Shown here piece after piece: positions 16,196-24,282 of a stretch of 32,000 nucleotides of DNA (position 1 is the stretch's first letter; each line of letters begins with the position of its first letter). The stretch comes from Geobacter sulfurreducens PCA (GTDB lineage: Bacteria > Desulfobacterota > Desulfuromonadia > Geobacterales > Geobacteraceae), in the NCBI RefSeq assembly GCF_000007985.2, contig NC_002939.5:2820001-2852000 (forward strand), in the 5' to 3' direction. The position numbers and the translations under genes were made by a program. The notes below the pieces were generated by a model, which made no database searches, was not told the origin of the DNA, and was given only the letters and a program-made list of their open reading frames with translations.

Positions 16196-18748
16196 CTATC
16201 TCTCCGTTTCGCGTACAAACGTGTCATATTCGGCGGCAAGGGGCTGAAGCAGGGAAACCGCTTCGTCCAGCCGGCCGCTGATGGCGGCGTCCTCAATGCG
16301 CAGGGCCAAGGCGAGCACGCGTTGCGCGCCGATATTGCCGGCGGCGCCGACAATGGCGTGTGCCCCCACCCGAAGCCCCGCGACATCCCGTTTCTCCACT
16401 GCCTCCCAAAGCTTGGCAAGATTCTTTTCCGTCCCGTCCCGGAACATCCCCACGAACTTCGGAACCAGCTCGTCCTTGCCCCGGAGCCGGGCCAGCAATC
16501 CCTGCCGGTCGAAAACCGGCGGCGCCTCGTCCGCGACCGCGGGGGCGGTTTCCCGCCCGTCGCCGGCGCCGTCGAGCGAGCCATCGACCCCGCAGCAGGA
16601 GTGCACTGCCCGGACCAGTTCCTCGGCCGTAAAGGGCTTGGCCACATAGCCGTCCATGTCGGCGGACAGACACTGTTCCCGATCCTGCCGCCCGGCATAG
16701 GCGGTCAGCGCCAGGATGGGGGTCCGTCGGCCGGAACCGCGCTCCTGCTCACGAATTCGACGGGCGGTCTCGAACCCGTCCATAACCGGCATCTGCACAT
16801 CCATCAGCACCAGGTCGAAGCGGGAGTCCTCAAGGGCCTTCAGGACCTCCTCGCCGTTGGCGGCCTGGGCCACCCGGTGCCCCATCCGGCCGAGAATGGC
16901 GTTGACCAGCATCCGGTTCACCTCCACGTCGTCGGCCACCAGGATACTGAGGCCGGGGCCGCTGCCGGGCTGCGCCGACCGGGGGGGTGTTTCGGACGGT
17001 TCCCGCCCGGTCAGAGCCGAAACGATCGCCTCCCCGAGATCGCCGTGCACGAGCGGCTTGAGCAGACACCTCGCCTTGTCCGGCCAGAGGCGGCTCTCCT
17101 TTTCGACCACGTCGCCCACCTCGGTCATCAGGATCAGCCTCAACTCCGTGCCGACGCCTTCGGTCAGGCGCTGGAGCGCCTCCTGCCAGCCGGCACCCAG
17201 GGACTTCTTGTCCACCAGCGCCATCAGGGGCTCACCGGCAGCGGTCGTCATGCCGGCGGCAAGCTCCAGGGCATCGTCCACGGTGGCCGCCACCCGGGGC
17301 CGCATGCCCCAGCCGGTCAGGTAGGAGACGAGGACCCTGCGGCTGCTCGTGGGCGCCTCGACCACCAGCACGGGCCGCCCGGCAAGGCCGTGGTCCGCGA
17401 GGCTGTCGGGTTCAGGCGGCCGGAGCTGGAACCGGCAGGTGAAGTAAAACGTGCTCCCCTCCCCCGGGGCGCTCTCGACCCGGATATCGCCCCCCATGAG
17501 TTGAACGATCCTGCGGGAAATGGCCAGGCCGAGGCCGGTGCCGCCGAAACGCTTGGTGGTGGATGAATCGGCCTGCTCGAACACGTTGAAAATCCGGTCC
17601 AGCGCCTCCGGCGCGATCCCGCACCCCTGGTCCGAAACCGAAAACCGGAGAAGCACTTCGTTCCCCTCGACGGCCGCCGTTTCCACCGCCACCACGACCT
17701 CTCCGCCGTCGGAGAACTTGATGGCGTTGCCCACCAGGTTCACCAGAACCTGGCGCAGTTTCCCGCAATCGCCGATGAGCGGGTCGATCACATCTTCCCG
17801 GGGGTCGCAGACGAGTTCCACCCCCTTCTCGGCCGCCCGGGCGGACAGGGAGCGCACCGCCTGTCCCACGAACGTGCGCAGGGAAAAGGGCACCGGGTCC
17901 AACTCAACCTTCCCCGCTTCTATCTTGGAGAAATCGAGGATGTCGCCGATGACCCCCATGAGGCAGTCGGCGGACCCCTTGATCGCACCGAGGTACTGGT
18001 GCTGTTGCGTTTGGTTCAGCCCGCCGCCGAGCAGGAGGTCGGTCATCCCCATGATGCCGTTCAGGGGGGTCCTGATCTCATGGCTCATGTTGGCGAGGAA
18101 ATCGCTCTTGGCGCGGCTGGCGCTTTCCGCCTGTTCCCGGGCCGCGGCCAGGTCGCGGGTCCGCTCCTGCACCCGCTGCTCCAGCGAGGCCAGGGTATCC
18201 CGTACCATGGAGTACAGCTCCGTGCTCTCCAGAGAGTGGGCGCAGGTGTGCATGATGACCGACACGGCGTTGAGGGTTGCCGCATCGGGTGAATGGGAGC
18301 TGCCGGGGAGAATGCCCGCGAACATGCCGCGGATCCGGGAGCGGGTGGCGACCACGTGCAGCAGCAGGGACCGGTCGTCGGCCAGGGGGACGAGGATGGC
18401 CTGGTTCCGGTTCAGGGCCCAGGCAAAGGTGCCGTCCACGATCTTGGCGTCGATGATGCGCTGGATTTCGTCATGCCCCTCGTCCGGCTCCCAGGAGACA
18501 AGTTTGAAGCTGCCGTCGCTGCACGAGATGAGAAAGCCGGTCATGCGGCAGTCGAGGACCCGACGGAGCTGGGTCAGGGTGGCCCGGAAGATTTCCTGGG
18601 GGTCCTTTGCGCGGCCCAGGTCACTGTGGAACATACTGCTGGAGGCCAGCATGTCGAGGATCGACAAGTAGCGATGGTTGGCTTCTTCCAGGTAATTGAC
18701 GCGCTCCAGCAGGAAGGCGCGGGATGGTGCGGCGGCCTTCTGTCTCAT
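16196..18748 (-). CDS. hybrid sensor histidine kinase: GAF-like N-terminus, HisKA, HATPase_c, atypical receiver, canonical receiver, HPt
   Basis: [15 protein letters not shown]-box; [11 protein letters not shown]; receiver [28 protein letters not shown]; C-terminal HPt ([14 protein letters not shown]). No TM helices. Confidence 0.9.
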   Translation of the reverse strand: MRQKAAAPSRAFLLERVNYLEEANHRYLSILDMLASSSMFHSDLGRAKDPQEIFRATLTQLRRVLDCRMTGFLISCSDGSFKLVSWEPDEGHDEIQRIIDAKIVDGTFAWALNRNQAILVPLADDRSLLLHVVATRSRIRGMFAGILPGSSHSPDAATLNAVSVIMHTCAHSLESTELYSMVRDTLASLEQRVQERTRDLAAAREQAESASRAKSDFLANMSHEIRTPLNGIMGMTDLLLGGGLNQTQQHQYLGAIKGSADCLMGVIGDILDFSKIEAGKVELDPVPFSLRTFVGQAVRSLSARAAEKGVELVCDPREDVIDPLIGDCGKLRQVLVNLVGNAIKFSDGGEVVVAVETAAVEGNEVLLRFSVSDQGCGIAPEALDRIFNVFEQADSSTTKRFGGTGLGLAISRRIVQLMGGDIRVESAPGEGSTFYFTCRFQLRPPEPDSLADHGLAGRPVLVVEAPTSSRRVLVSYLTGWGMRPRVAATVDDALELAAGMTTAAGEPLMALVDKKSLGAGWQEALQRLTEGVGTELRLILMTEVGDVVEKESRLWPDKARCLLKPLVHGDLGEAIVSALTGREPSETPPRSAQPGSGPGLSILVADDVEVNRMLVNAILGRMGHRVAQAANGEEVLKALEDSRFDLVLMDVQMPVMDGFETARRIREQERGSGRRTPILALTAYAGRQDREQCLSADMDGYVAKPFTAEELVRAVHSCCGVDGSLDGAGDGRETAPAVADEAPPVFDRQGLLARLRGKDELVPKFVGMFRDGTEKNLAKLWEAVEKRDVAGLRVGAHAIVGAAGNIGAQRVLALALRIEDAAISGRLDEAVSLLQPLAAEYDTFVRETER

Positions 18749-19612
18749 TTATCCCTCCACGAGGATGGCGAACGTTTCCTCTACCTGGGGCTCGGACTGC
18801 TTCACTATTGTCGTCAGGATCGACACCGGCACACCGAGGCGGTCCCACGCGGCGGGGTCCAGGAGGGGCACCCCCCCTTCGCCACTGGCGCCATACCCGA
18901 GGGCCTGACAGATGATGTCGGCCAGGTGGATGATCGACACCTCCAGCGAGAATTGCTCGGCCTTGCCGGGCTCGTGGTGATAGGCGACCGGCTCGTTGAT
19001 GGTGGCAGGAATCTTCCACGCGCGCAGCAGTGCGCCGCCCAGGGCGGCGTGGTCGAAGCCGAGCGCGTCCCGTTCGGTGGCATCGAGGAAGCGGGACTCC
19101 AACCGGTTCCTGGCCAGCACCTCGCTGACTTTTTCGGGAATGGCGGTGCACATGACCAACTGCCCCACGTCATGGAGAATGCCCGCCACGAAGAACCGCT
19201 CCACGTTGCTTTCGCGGAGATAGATCGCCAGGTTGCGGGCCACGATGCCGCAGGCGATGCTGTGCCGCCAGAACAGCACCATGTCCATCAGCTCGCGGGG
19301 GATATCCTTGAAGACATCCATTACCGAGGCCGCAAGGGCCAGGTCCCGCAGCTGCTGGGTGCCGATGATCGTCACCGCTTTCGAGATGGAGTCGACCTTG
19401 GAGAAAAAGCCGAACATGGGGCTGTTGGCGAGTTTCAGGATGCGCGCGGTCAACCCCTGATCGTCGATGATGATCCGGGCCACATCGTCGATGGAGCTGC
19501 GGGGATGGTTGATCGCCTCGTTGAGCCGCTCGTAGAAATAGGGGAGCGAGTAGACCGTCCGGGTCCGGTCAACGATCCACTCCATAGTCAGGGTGTGGTT
19601 ATGGGTTGCCAT
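18749..19612 (-). CDS. HDOD domain-containing protein
   Basis: VARIIIDDQGLTARILKLANSPMFGF...AVTIIGTQQLRDLALA is the HDOD signature. Its stop abuts the kinase start (TAAATG). Confidence 0.85.
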   Translation of the reverse strand: MATHNHTLTMEWIVDRTRTVYSLPYFYERLNEAINHPRSSIDDVARIIIDDQGLTARILKLANSPMFGFFSKVDSISKAVTIIGTQQLRDLALAASVMDVFKDIPRELMDMVLFWRHSIACGIVARNLAIYLRESNVERFFVAGILHDVGQLVMCTAIPEKVSEVLARNRLESRFLDATERDALGFDHAALGGALLRAWKIPATINEPVAYHHEPGKAEQFSLEVSIIHLADIICQALGYGASGEGGVPLLDPAAWDRLGVPVSILTTIVKQSEPQVEETFAILVEG

Positions 19613-19934
19613 GGATGACCTTTCTCAGGGCGGCAAGGCGCAGCAGCTCGCGCATCACCGGATGCTCCATGTCGTTTTCCCCGAACAGGGGCCTGAGCTC
19701 TGCCTCGGCAGCCTCCATCAGAGCCGGCGGGACCTCGGGGGAGAGGGGCGAGGCCGAGCCGCTGCTGTCTTCCCCCGCGATGTCGGCTTCAGTCACGCCC
19801 CAGGTCATCAGGATGACAATATGCTTGCGCTCCAGCTCCACCCCGGCCCCCAGCAGCAGCCTCCCGGTGCGGTCATGGACGTCAGCGGCAAGGACCATTC
19901 CCTCTTCGAGGTTTTCAGTCGGCACTATTCCCAC
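19599..19934 (-). CDS. hypothetical 111-aa protein
   Basis: GTG start with GGAG 8 nt upstream; overlaps the HDOD start by 14 nt. The N-terminal half (ENLEEGMVLAADVHDRTGRLLLGAGVEL) resembles the small beta-rich N-terminal modules seen ahead of some HD-GYP/HDOD proteins. This is a pattern-level match only. Confidence 0.5.
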   Translation of the reverse strand: MGIVPTENLEEGMVLAADVHDRTGRLLLGAGVELERKHIVILMTWGVTEADIAGEDSSGSASPLSPEVPPALMEAAEAELRPLFGENDMEHPVMRELLRLAALRKVIHGNP

Positions 19935-19948
19935 GGTTCAGGCTCCCC

Positions 19949-19974
19949 GGCGCCGGCATCCCTTCTCCGGCGCC
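19949..19974 (-). other. 8-bp all-GC stem-loop in the cheW / 111-aa ORF intergenic gap
   Basis: GGCGCCGG-(10 nt)-CCGGCGCC with no T-tract, ending 6 nt before the GGAG RBS of the next gene. Confidence 0.5.
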
Positions 19975-20020
19975 CACGAATTGATGCGTTCCGCCAGTAG
20001 CATACCACGGCTTGGCCGGG

Positions 20021-20527
20021 TCAGCACAGGCGTGAAGTATCGCCGAGCTGTCCCAGTTCGCGGGGCGTCAGCATCTTGTCTGGGTCCAGCATCACCAGCA
20101 GTTTCTCCCCCTGGTCGACCACGCCAACGATGTACTCCTGCTCGCCGCCGGAGCTGAGCAGCGCGGGCGACGGCTGAATCCGGTTGCCGGCGATCCGGAT
20201 CACCTCAGACACGGCATCCACCCTGAATCCCAGCAGGGCGTCCCCCACGCCCATTACCACGATCCGGGTCCGGTTGTCGCTAGCCACGTCCGCCAGGCCG
20301 AACTTGTCGCGCATGGAGATGATCGGGATCACCCTCCCCCGCAGGTTGATGATCCCGTCCACGTAAGGCGGGGCCTCGGGAACATGGGTTATGGTGCTCA
20401 TCCGGATGATCTCCCGGACCTTCAGGACGTCCACCCCATACTCTTCATGGTCGACCGTGAAGCTGACCAGCTGAATCAGTTCATCGCTCGGGCCGACCGA
20501 GACATTCGTTACCAGTGCGTGTGCCAT
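20021..20527 (-). CDS. cheW: chemotaxis coupling protein CheW
   Basis: LVSFTVDHEEYGVDVLKVREI, INLRGRVIPIISMRDKFGL; 168 aa. GGAGGGAG RBS. Confidence 0.9.
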   Translation of the reverse strand: MAHALVTNVSVGPSDELIQLVSFTVDHEEYGVDVLKVREIIRMSTITHVPEAPPYVDGIINLRGRVIPIISMRDKFGLADVASDNRTRIVVMGVGDALLGFRVDAVSEVIRIAGNRIQPSPALLSSGGEQEYIVGVVDQGEKLLVMLDPDKMLTPRELGQLGDTSRLC

Positions 20528-20558
20528 GACTCCCTCCGTATGCTCGCGACGCGAACGC

Positions 20559-22190
20559 TCAGGCCAGCCTGAAGCGGCCGATCAGGGCTTGCAGATCCTG
20601 GGCCTGACGGGCCAGCTGGGCGGCGGCATCGGCCGTCTCTTCGGCCCCCTGGGCGGTCTGGTGCACCACCTCGGTGATCTGCTGGATATTGCTGGTCACC
20701 TCGCCGGTGGTCGCGGTCTGCTCTTCGGCGGCCGTCGCGATCTGTCCCACCTGCATGCTCACCTCGTTCACCTGGTTCAGGATCTGCTGGAGCGCCGTTT
20801 CCAGCTGAGCCGCCTCGATGGCGCCCCGCTCCGTCCCGCGCACCCCCTCCTCCATGGAGACGATGGCCGTCTTGGTTTCCTGCTGGATGGCCCGGATCAT
20901 CTCACCGATCTCCTTGGTGGCCCGGGTGGTCCGCTCGGCCAGGGCCCTCACCTCGTCGGCCACCACCGCGAACCCGCGGCCCTGTTCCCCGGCCCGGGCC
21001 GCCTCGATGGCGGCGTTGAGCGCCAGCAGGTTGGTCTGGTCGGCGATGTCCTCGATGGTGCCCACGATGTCGCCGATCTGCTCGGAGCGGTCGCCGAGCG
21101 ATGCCACGATCTGGGCATTCTGGCGGGTTTTTTCGCCCCGGTCGCGAATTCCATCAACGGTGTGCCTGACCACGTCGAACCCCTGGCGGGTGGTGGCGGC
21201 CACCTGCTCGGCACTCCCGGCGGCGGCATGGCAGTTGGTCGCGATGTCCTGGCTGGTGGCCGACATCTCCTCGCTGGCGGTGGCCACGGTGCCGGCCTGG
21301 GAAGCCACTTCCTCGGTGCCGGTGGCGATCTGCTCGGACGTAGCGTGGAGCTGGGACGAGGCAGACGCAATACCGGCGGAGATGGTTGCGGTCTGGGTCA
21401 CCATCTCCCGCAGGCTCCGCACCATGTTCTGCATGGCGGTCAGCAGCCGGCCCGTCTCGTCCGTGGAGGTGGCGGCAACGACAACCGTCAGGTCGCCGTC
21501 CGCCAGGCGGTTGGCCACGTCCACCGCCCGGCTCAGCGGAGTGGTGATCATCCGGGAAATGAGCAGGCCGAGTCCGATGGCCAGGATCACGCCCACCGCC
21601 GACAGCACCGCCATCACCGTAAAGGAGGTCGAGGCAACGTGCTCGTTGCGCTCGGCGGTCAGCTTTGCCTGCGCCTGCTTGGCGTCGACCAGCTTGCTGA
21701 GCAGCTCCTGGTAATGCAGTGCCGCTTTCTTGGCGTCACCGTGGAGCAGCGCCTTTGCCTCGGTGACCTTTTTCGCGCTGTTCAGTTGCATGATGTTGTC
21801 GATGTAGCCCCCATAGACCTTGCGGGCTTCCTTATACTCGTTGAACAGCGTGCGGCCCTCGTCGGTCAGGATGGTTTTCTCGAAATTGTCCTGGTGCTCC
21901 GTGATGACCTCCCGGAGTTTCCGGATCGTATCGAGGTACAGTGCCTGCTCCGCCGGGTCGGTCGCCTCGACCGCGTCGCGCAGGTTGATCCTGACCCGCT
22001 GGAAGGCCACCGACATCTCCGCCAGATCGTGCATGGGCACGGTGATCTTTTCGTACAGCCTCCGGTCGTCGCTCTGGATTCTGCGAATCTCCACGGAGCC
22101 GATGAAACCGACCACGGCGGCGATCGCGGCGACGACGCTGAATGCGGCCACGAGCTTGATTCCCACTCTCAGGTTCCTCAACCATTGCAT
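20559..22190 (-). CDS. methyl-accepting chemotaxis protein (4-helix-bundle sensor, HAMP, MA signalling domain)
   Basis: ATG at 22190 follows GAGGAG ([13 protein letters not shown]..., TM1). The tracked upstream 45 aa are non-protein-like. Second TM, then HAMP. Highly conserved tip [20 protein letters not shown]. Confidence 0.9.
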   Translation of the reverse strand: MQWLRNLRVGIKLVAAFSVVAAIAAVVGFIGSVEIRRIQSDDRRLYEKITVPMHDLAEMSVAFQRVRINLRDAVEATDPAEQALYLDTIRKLREVITEHQDNFEKTILTDEGRTLFNEYKEARKVYGGYIDNIMQLNSAKKVTEAKALLHGDAKKAALHYQELLSKLVDAKQAQAKLTAERNEHVASTSFTVMAVLSAVGVILAIGLGLLISRMITTPLSRAVDVANRLADGDLTVVVAATSTDETGRLLTAMQNMVRSLREMVTQTATISAGIASASSQLHATSEQIATGTEEVASQAGTVATASEEMSATSQDIATNCHAAAGSAEQVAATTRQGFDVVRHTVDGIRDRGEKTRQNAQIVASLGDRSEQIGDIVGTIEDIADQTNLLALNAAIEAARAGEQGRGFAVVADEVRALAERTTRATKEIGEMIRAIQQETKTAIVSMEEGVRGTERGAIEAAQLETALQQILNQVNEVSMQVGQIATAAEEQTATTGEVTSNIQQITEVVHQTAQGAEETADAAAQLARQAQDLQALIGRFRLA

Positions 22191-22209
22191 GATGGTATCT
22201 CCTCTTTGT

Positions 22210-22482
22210 TCAGTCGTTGGCGGGCTGTGACAGCCGTGATTCCCGGCCGCACTCCTCCGGCTCGGCGGGGGAAAAGCGCTTGATGCTCCTGTCGAGTTGC
22301 CCCGCCAGTTGCTCAAGCAGATCAAAGTAATCCTGGTTCACTGCCCGAAGTTCTTCGCTGCTGAGCCGATACCCCTCTTCCCGGCAGGCATCGGCCAGCG
22401 AAACTATCGCCCGCTGCCGGAACCCGTCATCGGTCAACAGGCGACCAAGGAATTTTTCAACAGCTTCTTGCGTCACGGGCAT
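22210..22482 (-). CDS. small helical protein (about 90 aa), Nif11/NHLP-clan-like N-terminal pattern
   Basis: First ORF downstream of the sigma-54 promoter. GAGGAGG lies directly upstream, so the GTG at 22476 may be the real start. [19 protein letters not shown]...[12 protein letters not shown] resembles Nif11/NHLP-type leader-like domains. Confidence 0.6.
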   Translation of the reverse strand: MPVTQEAVEKFLGRLLTDDGFRQRAIVSLADACREEGYRLSSEELRAVNQDYFDLLEQLAGQLDRSIKRFSPAEPEECGRESRLSQPAND

Positions 22483-22493
22483 CCTCCTCGTGT

Positions 22494-22510
22494 TGTCCCT
22501 TCACGGGACA
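22494..22510. promoter_or_regulatory. inverted repeat TGTCCC-N5-GGGACA in the P1 leader
   Basis: TGTCCCTTCACGGGACA, at about +15 to +31 and directly upstream of the GAGGAGG RBS. Confidence 0.4.
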
Positions 22511-22535
22511 GTTGAACAATTGTTACCCTTTATTC

Positions 22536-22551
22536 AGCAGGCAGGATGCCA
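22536..22551 (-). promoter_or_regulatory. sigma-54 (-24/-12) promoter P1 for the small-protein/MCP operon
   Basis: The minus strand reads TGGCAT-CCTGC-CTGCT (GG-N10-GC spacing). The -12 C is at 22537, so the predicted TSS is about 22525, 43 nt upstream of the ATG at 22482. Confidence 0.65.
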
Positions 22552-22569
22552 ATCTCGACAAATATGTAA

Positions 22570-22582
22570 TTTCAATATGTTA
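22570..22582 (+). promoter_or_regulatory. IHF-like site upstream of P1
   Basis: TTTCAATATGTTA versus the consensus WATCAANNNNTTR (1 mismatch). Centred about -51 relative to P1, inside an AT-rich patch with the direct repeat AATATGT at 22561-22567 and 22574-22580. Confidence 0.4.
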
Positions 22583-22605
22583 TGCCGAACAACAACAGAA
22601 GGAGC

Positions 22606-22620
22606 GTCCCCCTGAGGGAC
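22606..22620. promoter_or_regulatory. inverted repeat GTCCC-N5-GGGAC upstream of P1
   Basis: GTCCCCCTGAGGGAC, centred about -88 from the predicted P1 start site. Same arms as the leader repeat. Confidence 0.4.
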
Positions 22621-22684
22621 AGAGTGGGGCAAAATGGAACAGTGGGGGATGAGGGGGGTGCTGCAGGGGGAGCGCGGCGCGGGG

Positions 22685-24055
22685 TCAGCCCCGGTAGAAT
22701 GCCTTGCGGTCGATCCTGAGGAGCTGGGCCGCCCTGGACTTGTTGCCGCCGCAGCGCTCCAGGGTGATGGCCATGATCCGCTCGGTGAGGGCATGGAGCG
22801 ACAACTGGTCAACGGGCAGCGCCAGGGCGTACTGCACCGTGTCGGGCGCCGGTCCGGCAGATGTTTCCCGGGCAGGGGCTCCGGCCGCGCCGAACCCCAG
22901 GTGCTCGGGCCGGATCAGCTCGCCGTCGGTCAGGATCGCGGCGCGCTCCAGGCAGTTGCGCAACTCCCGCACATTGCCCGGCCAGCCGTGGGCCAGCATG
23001 GCGTCCATGGCCTTCTGGGAGATGCCGGGCAGCGGCTTGCCCAGGTGCTGCCGCAGCTGGTCGAGGACGTGCTCGCACAGGAGCGGGATGTCGTCGGTGC
23101 GCTCCCGCAGAGGCGGAATGACCAAGGGAAACACGTTGATCCGGTGATAGAGGTCTTCGCGGAAGCGGCCGGCCGCCACCATGTCGGCCAGGTTGCGGTT
23201 GGTGGCCACGATAACGCGGCAATCCGTCGAGATGGGGGTATTGCTGCCGATCTTTTCGAACACGCGCTCCTGGAGGACTCTCAGCAACTTGGCCTGGAGC
23301 GGCAGGGGCATGTCGCCGATCTCGTCCAGCAGAAGCGTGCCGCCGCGGGCCAGACTGAACTTTCCCTCCCGATCCCGGTCGGCCCCGGTGAAGGCCCCCC
23401 GCACGTGGCCGAACAGCTCGCTCTCCAGCAAGTGCTCGGGCACGGCCGCGCAGTTGACCGCCACGAATCCGGCGGGCAGCCCTTTGCCGGCAAAGTGGAT
23501 GGCCCGCGCCAGCACCTCCTTGCCCGAGCCGCTTTCGCCGTAGATGGCCACCGTGGTCTGCCGCGCCGCAGCCACCCTGGCGGCCAGCTCCAGCAGCTTC
23601 TTCATGGCCGGATTCACCGTAACGATGCTCTGGAAGGTGAACCGCTCGCGCAACAGCCCCGTGATCTGCTCGTTCTCGCGGACCACGTGGTGATAGTCCA
23701 GGGCCCGCTGGAGCGTGATCCTCAGCACCTCGGGGTTGAAGGGCTTTGCCAGGTAGTCGTAGGCGCCCCGCCGCATGGCCTCCACGGCGCTCTCCACGCT
23801 CCCCCGGGCCGTGACCACGATGACCGGCACGTTCGGGTAGCGCTCCCTGACCCGATCCAGGAGTTCCAGACCGTTCATCCCCTCCATGATCAGGTCGGAG
23901 ATGAGCAGGTCCACATGCTCCCGCTCCAACAGCGCCAGCGCCTGTGCGCCGCTGACCGCGGTCAGGGGGGCGAATCCCGCATCGGCCAGCAGGTTCTCCA
24001 GCATCAAGAGAGAAAGCTCGTCATCGTCGACGGCAAGAATCTTCGGAGCGGTCAT
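22685..24055 (-). CDS. sigma-54-dependent response regulator (REC + AAA+ sigma-54 activation + Fis-type HTH; NtrC family)
   Basis: ILAVDDDE / DLLISDLIMEGMNG receiver; GESGSGKE Walker A; GAFTGA loop; ESELFGH; C-terminal HTH (NKSRAAQLLRIDRKAFY). Confidence 0.9.
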   Translation of the reverse strand: MTAPKILAVDDDELSLLMLENLLADAGFAPLTAVSGAQALALLEREHVDLLISDLIMEGMNGLELLDRVRERYPNVPVIVVTARGSVESAVEAMRRGAYDYLAKPFNPEVLRITLQRALDYHHVVRENEQITGLLRERFTFQSIVTVNPAMKKLLELAARVAAARQTTVAIYGESGSGKEVLARAIHFAGKGLPAGFVAVNCAAVPEHLLESELFGHVRGAFTGADRDREGKFSLARGGTLLLDEIGDMPLPLQAKLLRVLQERVFEKIGSNTPISTDCRVIVATNRNLADMVAAGRFREDLYHRINVFPLVIPPLRERTDDIPLLCEHVLDQLRQHLGKPLPGISQKAMDAMLAHGWPGNVRELRNCLERAAILTDGELIRPEHLGFGAAGAPARETSAGPAPDTVQYALALPVDQLSLHALTERIMAITLERCGGNKSRAAQLLRIDRKAFYRG

Positions 24056-24220
24056 GGGATGGTGAACCTCGTCCCGGCAAAATGGACATACCAGATATTA
24101 TATCGGACAATTCCCCCCGGGACTTGAGATGATAACGGGGAACATCCCCTCATGACCGTCTACATCCGGATCCCAACTCACGCCCATGTGCCCCCGCTAC
24201 GTCCGGCTCACAATGCACAA

Positions 24221-24248
24221 AGCGGGAGGAGCCAATGCCCCTCCCGCT
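24221..24248 (-). terminator. probable intrinsic terminator after the secreted 387-aa gene
   Basis: AGCGGGAGG-(10 nt)-CCTCCCGCT 9-bp stem starting 35 nt after the stop, followed by TTGTGCATTGTG (a weak T-tract). Confidence 0.5.
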
Positions 24249-24282
24249 GTTGTGTTACTGTACCCTGCTGTTCAGGCCGTTC

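Noticed and set aside
14653-20006. Exact 12-mer CAGTAGCATACC present at 14653-14664 and 19995-20006, both in minus-strand intergenic regions.
   Set aside because: Chance 12-mer repeats are expected many times in 32 kb on two strands. Only the 19995 copy fits GG-N10-GC spacing. No consistent -35/-10 geometry is shared, so I do not treat it as a common element.
20526-22283. 585-aa plus-strand ORF opposite the MCP gene.
   Set aside because: It is a shadow frame of the Ala/Glu/Thr-rich MCP coding sequence. The product is Gly/Arg/Leu/His-rich and motif-free, whereas the minus-strand product has the invariant MCP tip sequence.
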